A stretch of DNA of 64,000 bases from Squalus acanthias (Eukaryota): positions 312,001 to 376,000 of the forward strand of contig JASTWF010000341.1 in NCBI GenBank assembly GCA_030390025.1, given 5' to 3'. The notes beneath the pieces are model-generated. The model did not search any database. It had not been told where the DNA came from and saw only the letters and a program-made list of their open reading frames with translations. The position numbers and the translations under genes are program-made. Positions 27,313 to 41,603 of this stretch are shown piece after piece (the first letter of the stretch is position 1; every line of letters starts with the position of its first letter).

Positions 27313-30300
27313 TTTATGGCGGTGTAGTGTTTTGTTCCACCCACTGGTATCATATGTGTATGCTCTGGTGGTGCAGCACTTTGATGTACACAGTAGCCTA
27401 GTGCTGGTGTGATTCCTGGCACAGTGGGGAAAGGGTGTGGAGGGAGAATAAAACTGAAAAACTAAACAGATCTATGTATATTGTTGCAATATTTAACTGT
27501 GATATTGGCCCAGATTTTGCTAAAAACGAACAACACCATTATTAATGGCTCTGTGCTCAATAAGAACTGGGTTGAGACTGATCAAACATTTCATTTACAA
27601 CCCTTACACTCCATAGGATGAAAACAACTTCTTTCTATTATCCTGGGCTCGAACCTCGATCCCAGAGATGAAAAGGCAGTATATTTAGTCACTGCACCAA
27701 TAAGTCCCCTTAAATACAACTTAAATGTAAACATTTGGATAATCTTTCGGGTCCATGGAATTGGATCTGGTTGATCCTAAACTGGGGGCAGTTGCACATA
27801 AAGGTCCAATACCGTATTTGGTAAATAATATTTCCAGCAGATTTATCAAGAATAAAAAGCAATTTGTGTCAATTTGTTTTGACATCAAATCCCATACTGT
27901 TTGGGGAAAAAGGGACACTGGACAGGAACAATGCTTTACAATGAAGTTGTCAAACACGTTTGGCTAAAATTAAACTGATTGTTTTTGTGCCTCAGTTCAC
28001 TTGTTTGTCTCAATTTTCTAGATCTATGATCCATACTGCAACAAACAGCTGGCAGTGAACTGCAAAAGATATAATTCAATTGAGCTTTTTTGATGACATC
28101 ATGTATCATGACAGAGAAACTCAAACTATTTATGATCAGGAGAACCAAGGTTGAATTATACTCACTTGTCAATTATTTAATAATGTAACAGTATTTTAAA
28201 ATAACTGTTTGCATGTTCTTAGTGTTGCCTTCAACTTCCTCCTTAAAACCTACCTTTTCAACCATATCTTCAGTCACCTCTCCTAACCCTTTCACTACTG
28301 CTCGCTGTCTGTTACCTCCTCTGGGATTTTGGGATTTTTTCTACATTAAAAGTGCTGCAAATTGTTACGGTATAAGCCAGTTATTGTCACATCACAATGC
28401 TTTTTAGCAGATTACTGGAAACCAAACTAGTTGGCTCAAACTATAGAGAGAAGCTGTAAGAGCTCAACATTTTACCCACGATTGAACTGAATGGATAATA
28501 TGCACAGAAACAAACATTGTACATTCTGCGTTCTTGCTAATTACTCTTATTTTTCCCTCCTCTCCTGAAGGCCCTGGCACATGCTAGGTTATGGTTTCAT
28601 CGGCACCAGCAGCCCTCAGGTGTTTCAACAAAACAGACATCCTTCAGATGTGAACCTAATCAATGAGACTCCATAGGCTGTGGATGGTACAAGCCTAAAC
28701 CTCTTGTGGCCCAACTTGCACCAGGAAAGGTAGCTGGATAAGAATCAGGAGCAGCATTGGCTGATTTTTGCTTTCTAGTGCAGGGACATTGATTGTAATT
28801 TTGGCACTCCTACTGCTGCCTAATGGAGACCAGATCAGGAATCATGGGTTCTTTCAGATACATATGGCCAAGAGTAACAGGAAAATATATACTGTTCATT
28901 AAAAATACACTTGAAGCTTCAGTATAAATGTTGATCAGCAGGCAGTGCATTTACTCGGTGAGTCGTTCTAGAACATTTGTAAAACAGGTATGCAACTTGT
29001 ATGTATGCAATTTTATAGAAATCTCTAAAAAGAAAACAAATATGCACTAAGCCTGAATCTCTTGGCAAGTGATTCACACAGATGCTCCCACCTAACTGAC
29101 AAAAATGTTTTAGAAAATGAACTTTTCCATCTCAATAATAGTAGTCTCTCAGTTTCGCATACAACCCTGCACTACCTGTCAGAACATAAATTAATCACCA
29201 TTTGCAAGTAAGCTTCTGATGTTTTATTCCGTAGTCAATGTAATTTTTGAAAGAAAAATGTCCCTTTTATCTAATCAATCATTCAAGGTATTGAGACATA
29301 CTACATTCTTGTGAACATTTTCCTATTTTGTTTGCCATCCTTTTTTCTATTTCTTTGTCCTCCTCTATTAGATCCTGACCAAGAGAGCATGTGGACAACC
29401 TAGTTCCAAGCCTACGGTATCCTTCTGTAACTCTGTCTTTGGAGGCGCTTGAGACTAAGTTTGCCAATTTCCCCTCAATCCCTTTGGCATGCTTGAACTT
29501 CTCTGTGAAGGCATATCTGAATTGGGAACCTATATCCTACCATTCCACTGCATAGTGCAGTGGTACACAGCACACCCAAATACCAAGAACTGTTGGAGAA
29601 TAGCTGATTCAGCAGAGGAGGAACTGTCAGTCATAAATTGGGAGTCTAAGTTATTAGCTAGATTACCACAAACTCTGAAATGCAAACTGATGCCTACAAT
29701 AGTGCAAGAAGCAGTTTCTATCTACTGTGTAAATTGAGACAGCACTGCATATGTTAGTCAATGTAGCACACAGACTCTTAGTGAACACTTGTTATGACAA
29801 TATCAGAGTGTCACCAGCATCATTAGATCAGCAATTGACTGTTACTGGACAATGCAGCAAATTTAAGTTCTGTTATACAGCAAATTGTCAACTCAACTTG
29901 AACCTGCTACACTCTTGACACTAGCTTAAAGACAAAGACTCACTAATTCAAAGAATCAACTACATTTTCCAATTCTTTGAGTTGAGTCAGACCTAAAACA
30001 GACTGAATACATTGCAAAAAAAAAACCCGTGATCCTATCACTGACTGTTTCCCATATCTAAACTGAAATGAATGCCGATAAAAGGCGTATGGAAGATATT
30101 CAGTCAGTACTGAGACTAGACATATCAGGTCTTGAGGCCCTTCATGTAAACAATTTATAGTTTTTTCCTTTATACCAAGACAGTAAATAACATAATAAAA
30201 CTTAAACTGCACAAAATACTCTCAGATTAGAATTATTTGCAGTCTTTTTTTTTGTTTTATGGCTGTTCCGAGAATGTTATTATTTATAACCTCTGCATCA

Positions 30301-30414
30301 GTGTAAATGATGTTTTGTTGATCAGTTGGCATAAAGGTGCAATGAAACCATTAAAACAATTTTTACAGTAATTGACAAACCAATCCTGCTCTTTAGTTTA
30401 AGTTGTTAACAGGG

Positions 30415-30499
30415 ATAAAAACAGAAAATGCAGGAAGTCTGTCAGAATCGAAAAAGAAAAAAAACAAGTTACCGTTTCAAATAGACCCTTCTTCAGAAC
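30415..30499 (-). mobile_element. Penelope terminal relic with degenerate hammerhead core
   Basis: Similar to 44036-44135; - strand GTT-CTGAAGA-AGGGTCTATTT-GAAA-CGGTAAC, with helix II broken. Confidence 0.5.
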
Positions 30500-30571
30500 C
30501 CATAGGAAGTTACAGGGAAATGCAAAGAACGTCTTCCAAACTGAACTGTTCGACCACTCCAGCAAAATGTT

Positions 30572-30995
30572 ACATAGAATTTACAGCACGAAAACAGGCC
30601 ATTCAGCCCAATAGGTCTATGCTGGTGTTTATGCTCCACACAAGCCTCTTCCCACCTTACTTCATCTCACCCTATCAATGTATCCTTCTATTCCTTTCTC
30701 CCTCATGTACTTATCTAGCTTTCCCTTAAATGCATTTCTGCTATTCTTCTCCTTCTTAGGCAGTCCCTCCGAACTGAGGATGATTTATTCGCCTCAACTA
30801 CTCCATCTGGTAGGAAGTTCCACATTCTTACCACTCTCTGGGTAAAGAAGTTTCTCCTGAATTCCTTATTGGATTTATTAGTGACTATCTTATATTTATG
30901 GCCCTTAGTTTTGGTCTCCCCCACAAGTGGAAATATTTTCTCTACATCTACCCTATTGATCCCCTTCATAATTTTAAAGACCTCTATCAGGTCAA
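30572..30995 (-). mobile_element. CR1 3' fragment
   Basis: KGINRVDVEKIFP...GHKYK...RRNFFTQRVVRMWN. A short unrelated insert at about 30745-30785 may be the 3' end of another LINE. Confidence 0.8.
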
Positions 30996-31736
30996 CTTTC
31001 AGTCTTTTTCCTTTCTTGAATACCTAATAAAAAAAGGAAAATACGAGAGAATGCAAAATGACAAAGAGCCTTGTGTTTCGAGGAACGAAGGACTGATTTG
31101 TTGTATTCTGCACTCCATTCCAAACAATGGTGCACGGATATCTCCAGTCAAGGATTTGTGTCTTCTTGATAAAATAAAGGGTGAAATCTGAGATCAGCGA
31201 GATTAATTTTAAAACCCAAATAATGTACTCAAACCACAAAACAGCAAATTACTTCAGCCTCCCCAACTATATACATTTTACATCTATAAAAACACTCAAC
31301 TGTACTCAGAAAACAGCGGTGACTGGATAGAAATCAGGAGCAAAGGACATGGCTGATATTTCCACTTCCCGGCCAAGTGGCTCGGAAGCAAGTTGCGGAG
31401 CTCTTATTGATATCCACCCTCCCCCCCCTCAAATCAGCTAACTTGGCACAAACTGGAAATAGAACCTGAACCAGTTTTGTTTAAAGTAATTGTATTGAGG
31501 GATCTCCAGGTGGTGGTACTGGGAGGTACAATAAGCTGGAAGACTGTCCTTTCACCTCTGTCAACCTAGGTTCAAATCCAACTCAGACAGGTCGCAGGTC
31601 AGGATGTGGATTGTGTCAATAGACTGTTTCTGCTCTGTTTATGGCCTGATCTGAGGCTGTTTGTTCGTTTTAACCAGTCCCCGGGTGGGTAAAACTCTAT
31701 AGGGACTGCGGCAAAATAGCTAGATGGGTTGAGATC

Positions 31737-32264
31737 TACAATAAAATACATTTATATAGCACCTTTAATGTAGTAAAACATACCAAGGCACATCACAGGA
31801 GCGTTATCAGTCAAAATTTGACACCAAGCCACATAGGGATAATAGGACAGGTGACCAAAAGCTTGGTCAAAGGGGCGTCTTAAAAGGTGGAGATAGGTAG
31901 AGAAGTTTAGGGAGGGAACTCTAGACCTTAGGGCCTAGGCAGCTGAAAGCACACCTACCAATGGTGGATTGATGGAAATTAGGAATGCACAACAGGCCAG
32001 AGTTGGAGGAGCATAGAGATCTCGGAGGATTATAGGGCAGGAGGAGGTGACAGACATAAGAAAGGGCAAGGCCATGGATGAGGATTTTAAAAATCGAGGC
32101 TTTGCTAGACCGGGAGTCAATGTAGGTCAGCGAGCACAGGGGTAATGGATGAACGGGACTTGGTGCAAATTAGGATATGGGCAGCAGAGTTTTGGATAAG
32201 CTCAAGTTTACGGAGGGTTGAAGGTGGGAGGTCGGCCAGGAGAGCATTGGAATAGTCGAGTCTG
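31737..32264 (-). mobile_element. L2 3' fragment
   Basis: L2 3' tail (ATTTATATAGCACCTTTAA on +) and adjoining sequence shared with the 4351 copy. Confidence 0.85.
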
Positions 32265-34237
32265 GACACCAGAGGCGGCTTTTGTCAGGTGAACTAGGAT
32301 GGTGTGCAACTCCATGCCATGAAATCGCCGTCAGAAATCCAGGCCAGTCTTGCAGCTTGAGGTTCTCCTTTCTTTTTTGTTGAACTCATCCATCCAGTTA
32401 GCAGAGTCAGAGTGCATGGGGTTTATATGGAGTCCAAATTTGGCCCTGTCCACCATCGCCTTTTCCTTAATCTTGTATCCTGGTTTTTATAAACAAGTCT
32501 TAAACAATCTCCATATCACTGCCCAAAACTGCACAATACTTTCAACCTCATGTGCAAGAATGTATTTATTTATATATAATGAAGGTCAAGCCTGATGCAC
32601 TCTATCAGAAGCAGCCTGATATAATGCAACTTATTTTCATGTCCTAAACAATATTTTTGCATTGAATATTTACCATTATCACAGTGTGCAAACCTGGCTG
32701 GATATCTTATCTTCAGTCCAGCTTTTGTCGATCAGTGTTTGGCCATGACCTGAATTAAAATAATTTGGACAGGAGAACTTATGTTGTGCAACCCCACTCT
32801 AGACTGATTGTAGTAGGTAAGACTGCACGTTTCTGTTGAATACAAATTATGAGGCACATAAATTCCAGATCTGTGATTCTAAATATTGCACGGTGTCAAG
32901 ATTGAAGGAACTTGTAAATTATGCATGAAGCACTGTAATTCATAAAAAATATCCTAATGATCAGCTGACAGAAAAACTTGGAGTGCTAACAGAATCCAAT
33001 GTCATTAAGTCAAATACTCTATTTCTCATACATTCCAAATGGCAAAGTAAGGAATCAATCACCCATGTTTGTCAAGATTGTGAAAATATGATGCAGAATG
33101 AATGAATTTATTCTTATGACAGATTTATCCAAAATGCTTATATGTTTATTTTACTTCTTTCAGTAACAACTTGACATGCTAAAGGTAATTTAGTGTTTCA
33201 AATGAATGCCAAATAAATTGTTAATAGTGACTGATAAAGCTGCAGCTCATTCTAAAAAGACTACAGAAATTTAAGTTATTTTGCATAGTGGCCACACTGC
33301 CCTGCCCAAACATTAATGCTGGTTAGATCAGTTTTGATACTGTGGCGTCTTTGGCATGTTTTCATGTTGACTTAATTATAAAGCCTAAGTTAAGTTAGTA
33401 ATATAAACCATAAAATGCATGAGGAATACAGAGAAAGAAAATGAAAAAAATAAGGGAGAAACAATGCAATGCAAACAATATGAGATGTAGAGAGGGAATT
33501 AATTAGAGTGGAGACAAGCAGAAAGAGTTACAGAAGGAGACACAAATTTTATTTTTATTCTGCGACAGGATATCATAAGACAAATAGATGTAATTTATCA
33601 TTGGTATTTATCTTGTCTGTGGTGTTGATCCATCTATTATGTATTATATTTGGCAAGTGAGGTGTGCATTTAATTTCAAACTCTTAAGTACCTGCAGTAA
33701 CTGTTGCTTCTGTAGTTGGCACTTTGTTAAGTACACAACCATGTAGCTTTTTATTTCTGTTCTATTAACTTCAGAAAGTGTATTAAGCTGAGGAGAGAAA
33801 GGGTGAGAACACGGGGGGGTGGGGGGTGGTTAAGAGAGTCTTTTCATATAATGTTCGTCCAGTTTTTTAAAAAAACACCAGTTGAATGCTGAATCCAATT
33901 AATTCTCACCTGTGTTTTGTTGGCATTTAGAAAAGGTCAATGCTAATCGCTCACACCTGTGCAACAGATTCGAATTTCTAACACCCGAGACAAGAGTGAG
34001 AAAGTGAGAGGGAGACAGATAAAGGGCAAGACGGGCAGTTTTCCTCATTCTAATATGATTTTTAATTACAGTTGAATTTTAAAGCAAATTGCCTCGGAGG
34101 AAAATAGATTGGATAGGATAGGTAGTGGGAGGAGAGAAACAAGTCGAGGATGAGGGGGTCTGTCACCACCCACCCTGGGGGGTGGAAGCAAGTGGGAGTG
34201 GATGGAAGTTTAATTGTGAGGTGAAAGACAGCAGAGA

Positions 34238-34646
34238 AAGAAAGACTTGCATTTATATCGCGCCTTTCACAACCACCGGACATCCCAAAGCGCTTTACAG
34301 CCAATGAAGTACTTTTGAACTGTGTAGGAAACCTGGCAGCCAAATTGAGCACAGCAGCTCCCACAAACAGCAATGTGATAATGCTCAGATAATCTGTTTT
34401 TTTTTAGTAATGTTGATTGAGGGATAAATATTGGCCAGGACACCGGGGATAACTCCCCTGCTCTTCTTCGAAATAGTGCCATGGGATCTTTTACGTCCAC
34501 CTGAGAGAGCAGACGAGGGCCTCGGTTGAACGTCTCATCCGAAAAACGGCACCTGACAGTGCAGCACTTCTGCTGCATTGGAGTGTCAGCCTAGATTTTT
34601 GTGCTCAAATCTCTGGAGTGGGACTTGAACCCACAACCTTCTGACT
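34238..34646 (-). mobile_element. tRNA-derived SINE with L2-type tail (SacSINE1/DeuSINE-like)
   Basis: - strand head AGTCAGAAGGTTGTGGGTTCAAGTCCC (B-box-like), central core, tail AAAGGCGCGATATAAATGCAAGTC matching the L2 3' end. Related copies at 51277 and 53255. Family name recalled from memory, not searched. Confidence 0.8.
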
Positions 34647-36646
34647 AGAAAGGGAGAAGGCAGGACGTAGAGGTTAAGTGAGGAATTCAAAGGGGAAGTG
34701 CTGCGGCAGTGAAGGGAGTAAAGGGTGGGTAGAAGTGGTAGAGGGGGAAGTACGAGTGATTGAGGGAGAGGAGGAGATGGGAAGGAGCCACTGAGAACAA
34801 CATTTTCCTCACAATCCACACTTTAAATGCAGTCTGAAGCGGTTAATAGCATCCACCATCACCCGAAAGGAAAGAAAAAGCAGAAGAGAACAAAGAGACG
34901 CAAAAAGAGGATATATGGGAAGAGAGAAAGAAACGACGACACAAAGACAGCAGACAGGTAAGAGGGTGGCCATATTCTCTGACTTACCATGTCCAAAGCC
35001 ATGAGAGATCAATTGTTAAAAACCACACTTCCTGCCAATTTTTCCCATTTTATGTCCACAATATTTACAAAGGACGCTGTCTCTGTAAACTTGTCATACT
35101 ATAAACACACAATACCACCAGTAGAAGCACTGCAGCTGTCACTTGTTGAGCCATTCACAGATTTTATCTCACCCCTTTTAGCAGCCTCTGGCAGCTTCCC
35201 CTATGGTTTATGATTCACCTTGGTATAAGAGGACAAATGATGGCGGGGGAACAGAACAGACCAAGCCAGCACATGAAGACAGAAAGATGGGCAAAGTACA
35301 GGCTGCTAGTCAAATTACAAATTTGAGTTGGGGGTGTGGGGAGGGAACTTGGATTTTTTTTCGTTTTGCTTATGGGGGTGTTGAATTTTGTTTGAGGGGC
35401 TCAGATTTTTATGTACCGGGGAACTTTGTTTTTAATGGGGCCTCATACTTTTGTGTAATCAGATGCAGCCCACTCGCTGGTGGTGGCATGTGTTTCTGGC
35501 CCCCTGCCCAAAGGGTTGGACACCTTTGCTTTAAAGTATTAATTGGTAGCAGAACCAAGAATAGGAAAATCCTGATGATCCAAAAGTTCTCCAAACAAAA
35601 CTGTAAAATTTACTTCCAATAATTACTAAATTTGAAAATGCAAACTTCTACCCACCTTGTACCATTTTGCCACATGCATACAGCCAGGTTTACAGTTGTA
35701 CAGCTCTAACTCAGTCAAAACAGCAATGCTTTGAATTCATATTCTTACATACGACTACCGCAGTACACAGAAAATACAGGGCAAGTTGCAAGTTTCTCAA
35801 AATAAATCAAAGTGTCATGAGCTGCATAACTCACCACAGGCCTGAGTTAGTTCAGCTGTATTGCAACTAGTTTATTTCCATAACTCACATTGATTTTTAT
35901 TGATCATACCACACAAACGTAGGAATGGTAATGGCCTAATACATTAGTGCTGCAAACCACTGGAGCCCAAGAGAATGTCAAAGCTTCAGCTTGGTCAGTT
36001 CCAAATTAATTGCTGGGAGAATGGGAGGAGAGAGTGAGACAGCATGACCAAAATAAAAGGGGGGTAAGGAATCATAGAATAGTACAGCTCAGGAGGCCAT
36101 TCGGCCCATCAAGGCTGCGCCAGCTCTTTCGAAGAGCAATTCATTTAGTCCCACTCTTTCCCCATATCCCTGCAATTTTTTTCTCCTTCAAGTATTTATC
36201 CAATTCCCTTTTGAAGGCTACTATGGAATCTGTATCCACCACCCTATCAGGCAGCGTATTCCAAATCCTTACCATTCATTCTGTAAAAAAGTTTTCCCTC
36301 ATGTCGCCTCTGCTTCTTTTACCAATCACCTTAAATCTGTGCCCTCTGGTTATCAATCCTCAGCCAACAGTTCCTCTTTATTTACTCTATCTAAACCTTT
36401 TATGATTTTAAACACCTCTATCAAATCTCCTCTTAGCCTTCTCTGCTCTAAGGAGAACAACCCTGGCTTCTCCAGTCTATCCACGTAACTGTAATCCCTC
36501 ATCCCTGAAATCTCTTCTGTACCTTCTCCAAAGTCTTCATGTCCTTCATAAAGTGTGGTGCCTAGAATTGGAAGCAATATTCCAGCTGGGGCCAAACTAG
36601 TGTTTATATAGGTTTAGCATAACTTCCTGGTTTTTGTACTCGACAC

Positions 36647-37797
36647 CAGGGGTTCTCAACCTTTTTGCTTCTGAGGCATCCCTCCCGTGTTATAAAAATT
36701 CCATGGACCCCTTATAACACAACACAAGTATTTTTTTCTGTCTAAAAATTAGTTATACAATTAAACATACATTTATTATTTTTCTTACTTAATGTGGAAC
36801 TTGTAATTCTGTCAAGACGTGGAGGCTCAGTGCTCACTACAGGCTCGTTTCGTGCACACTCGGTCAGACTGGACTAAAATTCCAGGTCCACGACCTCCAT
36901 TTCGTAAACAGAACATCCCTCTTATTTCGATACCAAACCCCCCAACACAGCGGTGAAAACCAGTGACTTGAATTAACAGTACCAGTAATGGCAGATGCGG
37001 ATGGCACAAGAGAGAAATGGAGAAATAAACAGGGCCCTGAGCGACTTTACCCATCCGGCCTCATCGCCATAAATCCTTTAGTGACAAATGCAGCCCCCCT
37101 CTTTCTAATTCCCCTACCTTTTCACAAATAGCCAGCAGTATGTCAAAGGACACGACGCCCAGACTTGGCCTATTCGTCCGTCAGAGAAGCACATAACCAT
37201 GAATATAAAGCACCGATTCGGAGGTACGAGGAAAATTGTGATAACGCCTTCAGTTATTTTATTAACTCAGACTGAAGACATTGAAGGAGAGAGTCACACA
37301 GGATCCTGATTATTACAGCTTTGCTGCAGGCCCAGAGACTGGAATGTCTCTTTCTTTCCGCCCCCCCTTCCTCCCTCACCCAAGGCCACATCGCACGCGC
37401 TCACTCTCTCCATTGCCGGCGTCCGACGCCTGTCTCAAACACCTGTTTAAACAAGAAAAAAATTCTATTTTCAAATGCGTGAGCAGCTTCCAACCGACAC
37501 AGGGCAGCTCCACATGGGGGGAAAGAAAAAGGTTGAAAAGAAGGCTCGTGCTATCTCGCCCCACGCAATGGCAGCCTAACTCACAGATTTCCCTGCCCCA
37601 ATTCAGGATTTACTTCCCCAAAAGAGAAGTTATAACTCCCGCTATTTTATTTAATAGTTAAAAGCAGTGAGTGGTTTATGAATGTGGAAGCGAATAGGGC
37701 TGGATCAAAAACAAACTTAATGAGATAAGTTTTGGCAGACCCCTTAAAATCTTCTCACGGATCCCTGGGGGCCACAGACCCCGGATGAGAACCCCTG
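36647..37797. mobile_element. hAT (Charlie-like) non-autonomous DNA transposon
   Basis: Perfect 12-bp TIR CAGGGGTTCTCA / TGAGAACCCCTG; degenerate 8-bp TSD CTCGACAC / CCCTATGC. Confidence 0.75.
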
Positions 37798-37868
37798 CCC
37801 TATGCCTCTATTTATAAAATTGAGAGGTCGCACAACACCAGGTTATAGTCCAACAGTTTTATTTGAAA

Positions 37869-37910
37869 TCACAAGCTTTCGGAGCTATCGATTGCTCCTT
37901 CCTCAGGTGA
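37869..37910 (-). ncRNA. Minimal type I hammerhead ribozyme motif
   Basis: Reverse complement of 41604-41645. Confidence 0.8.
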
Positions 37911-39265
37911 AGTAAATTAGATACAGAATCGCCAAAGCATATATAGATAGAGAACAAAGGATGTGTACCTTACAATTGCAGACCACTAAATTAAATCATC
38001 CTGACTATCTGCCGAGGTGTGATAAAGTTAATCAGGTCAGCAGGAAGGTACCACATCAAAGACATAGCAAGATACAACTGAGACAATGAGGTGTAGTCGC
38101 AGGGGTTCTAACGTGTCAAAAGCTGCCGTCTGTATGTAAAACGAAAAGCTTTAAAATTTTTACTTTTTTACTGGGAAAATTTTTACTTTTTTACTGGGAA
38201 TCACATCTGTGAACAAGCCAACGACGACTCGAGTCCGGATCACGTCATGTATCGTGACATAAACCCAAGATCCCGGTTGAGACCGTCTTCATGAGTGCGG
38301 AACTTGGCTATCAGTTTCTGCTCGATGATTTTGCGTTGTCGTGTGTTTCTAAGGTTGCCTTGGAGAACGCTTACCCGCAGATCCGAGGCTGAATGTCCTT
38401 GACTGCTGAAGTGTTCCCCGACTGGGAGGTAACAATCCTGCCTGGCGATTGTTGCGCGGTGCTCGTTCATACGTTGTCTCAGTGTCTGCATGGTCTCGCC
38501 GATGTACCATGCCGCGGTGCATTCTTTCCTGCAACGTATGAGGTAGACAACGTTGGCCGAGTCACATGAGTATGTACCATGTACCTGGTGGGTAGTGTCC
38601 TCACGTGTGATGGTGGTATCTGTGTTGATGATCTGGCATGTCTTGCAGAGTTTGCCATGGCAGGGTTGTGTGGTGTCGTGGTCGCTGTTATCCTGAAAGC
38701 TGGGTAATTTGCTGCGAACGATGGTACTTCTGAGGTTAGGCGGCTGTTTGAAGGCAAGTAGTGGAGGCGTGGGGATGGCCTTAGCGAGGTGTTTGTCGTC
38801 ATCGATGACATGTTGAAGGCTGCGAAGAACATGGCGTAGTTTCTCCGCTCCGGGGAAGTACTGGACGACGTAGGGTACCCTGTTGGTTGTGTCCCGTGTT
38901 TGCCTTCTGAGGAGGTCTATGCGATTTTTCGCTGTGGCCCGTCGGAACTGTCGATCGATGAGTCGAGCGTCATATCCCGTTCTTACGAGAGCGTTTTTCA
39001 GCGTCCGTAGGTGTCCATCGCATTCCTCCTCGTCTGAGCAGATCCTGTGTATTCGCAGGGCTTGTCCATAGGGGATGGCTTCTTTAACATGGTTAGGGTG
39101 GAAGCTGGAGAAGTGGAGCATCGTGAGGTTGTCCGTGGGCTTGCGGTAGAGTGAAGTGCTGAGGTGTCCGTCTTTGATGGAGATTCGTGTGTACAGGAAT
39201 GAGACCGATTCTGAGGAGTAGTTCATGGTGAGTTTGATGGTGGGATGGAACTTGTTTATGTTATC

Positions 39266-41288
39266 AATGATCCAGAACAGCAGACAGAGGGACTCGCAGA
39301 GCAGCAACCGAAGAAAAAAGAGTCAAACTGGACCCCTCCGGAGGGTCGCTGCCCCAAGCTTGACATGTATGCTCAAGCTGTCAGGAGATGCATCAACGCC
39401 AGATTCATCAGCCGCACTCACAAGACAGTCCAGAATGTCACCCGAGCACAACGCAACGCCATCCACGCTCTCAAGACCAACCGCAACATTGTCATCAAAC
39501 CAGCTGACAAAGGAGGAGCCATCGTCATACAGAACAGAACGGACTATTGTAAAGAAGCATACCGACAACTGGACAACCAGGAACACTACAGACAGCTACC
39601 CGCAGATCCGACCAAAGAACACACCCGCCAACTCAATAGACTGATCAAGACCTTCGATCCAGACCTTCAAAACATCCTACGCGCTCTCATCCCACGTACT
39701 CCCCGCGTGGGAGACTTCTACTGCCTCCCAAAGATACACAAAGCCAACACACCCGGACGTCCTATCGTATCAGGCAATGGAACCCTGTGTGAGAACCTCT
39801 CTGGATACGTCGAGGGCATTCTGAAACCCATCGTACAGGGAACCCCCAGCTTCTGTCGCGACACTACAGACTTCTTACAGAAACTCAGCACCCACGGACC
39901 AGTTGAACCAGGAACACTCCTTGCCACGATGGACGTATCGGCACTCTACACCAGTATCCCCCACGATGACGGCATCGCTGCAACAGCCTCAGTACTCAAC
40001 ATCAACAACAGCCAATCTCCAGACGCCATCCTACAACTCATCCGCTTCATCCTTGACCACAATGTCTTCACCTTCGACAACCATTTTTTTTACCCAAACA
40101 CACGGAACAGCCATGGGGACCAAATTCGCACCCCAATACGCCAACATCTTCATGCACAAGTTCGAGCAAGACTTCTTCGCTGCACAGGACCTCCAGCCAA
40201 CGCTGTACACCAGATACATCGACGACATTTTCTTCCTTTGGACCCATGGCGAAGGATCACTGAAAAGACTACACGATAACATAAACAAGTTCCATCCCAC
40301 CATGGACTACTCCTCAGAATCGGTCTCATTCCTGGACACACGAATCTCCATCAAAGACGGACACCTCAGCACTTCACTCTACCGCAAGCCCACGGACAAC
40401 CTCACGATGCTCCACTTCTCCAGCTTCCACCCTAACCATGTTAAAGAAGCCATCCCCTATGGACAAGCCCTGCGAATACACAGGATCTGCTCAGACGAGG
40501 AGGAATGCGATGGACACCTACGGACGCTGAAAAACGCTCTCGTAAGAACGGGATATGACGCTCGACTCATCGATCGACAGTTCCGACGGGCCACAGCGAA
40601 AAATCGCATAGACCTCCTCAGAAGGCAAACACGGGACACAACCAACAGGGTACCCTACGTCATCCAGTACTTCCCCGGAGCGGAGAAACTACGCCATGTT
40701 CTTCGCAGCCTTCAACATGTCATCGATGACGACAAACACCTCGCTAAGGCCATCCCCACGCCTCCACTACTTGCCTTCAAACAGCCGCCTAACCTCAGAA
40801 GTACCATCGTTCGCAGCAAATTACCCAGCTTTCAGGATAACAGCGACCACGACACCACACAACCCTGCCATGGCAAACTCTGCAAGACATGCCAGATCAT
40901 CAACACAGATACCACCATCACACGTGAGGACACTACCCACCAGGTACATGGTACATACTCATGTGACTCGGCCAACGTTGTCTACCTCATACGTTGCAGG
41001 AAAGAATGCACCGCGGCATGGTACATCGGCGAGACCATGCAGACACTGAGACAACGTATGAACGAGCACCGCGCAACAATCGCCAGGCAGGATTGTTACC
41101 TCCCAGTCGGGGAACACTTCAGCAGTCAAGGACATTCAGCCTCGGATCTGCGGGTAAGCGTTCTCCAAGGCAACCTTAGAAACACACGACAACGCAAAAT
41201 CATCGAGCAGAAACTGATAGCCAAGTTCCGCACTCATGAAGACGGTCTCAACCGGGATCTTGGGTTTATGTCACGATACATGACGTGA
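39266..41288 (+). pseudogene. Penelope RT + GIY-YIG ORF, 5'-truncated, one frameshift in the T run at 40084-40091
   Basis: ORFs 39245-40279 and 39903-41288 join at HFF/TQTHGTAMG if one T is removed. Confidence 0.9.
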
Positions 41289-41603
41289 TCCGGACTCGAG
41301 TCGTCGTTGGCTTGTTCACAGATGTGATTCCCAGTAAAAAAGTAAAAATTTTCCCAGTAAAAAAGTAAAAATTTTAAAGCTTTTCGTTTTACATACAGAC
41401 GGCAGCTTTTGACACGTTAGAACCCCTGCGACTACACCTCATTGTCTCAGTTGTATCTTGCTATGTCTTTGATGTGGTACCTTCCTGGCTGACTTGATTA
41501 ACTTTATCACACCTCGGCAGATAGTCAGGATGATTTAATTTAGTGGTCTGCATCCTTTGTTCTCTATCTATATATGCTTTGGCGATTCTGTATCTAATTT
41601 ACT

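Noticed and set aside
34600..34646. tRNA gene
   Set aside because: Only a B-box-like SINE head; no complete cloverleaf.
34987..35082. Exon-like segment on - with a strong GTAAGT donor
   Set aside because: All three frames contain stops from the plausible acceptor; cannot be supported as coding.
38240..39307. 355-aa ORF as an independent gene
   Set aside because: It is the inverted arm of the Penelope element; its first residues come from antisense spacer sequence.
41328..41375. Tandem 24-bp direct repeat
   Set aside because: Two units in the Penelope 3' UTR with no spacers; not CRISPR-like, and the context is eukaryotic.
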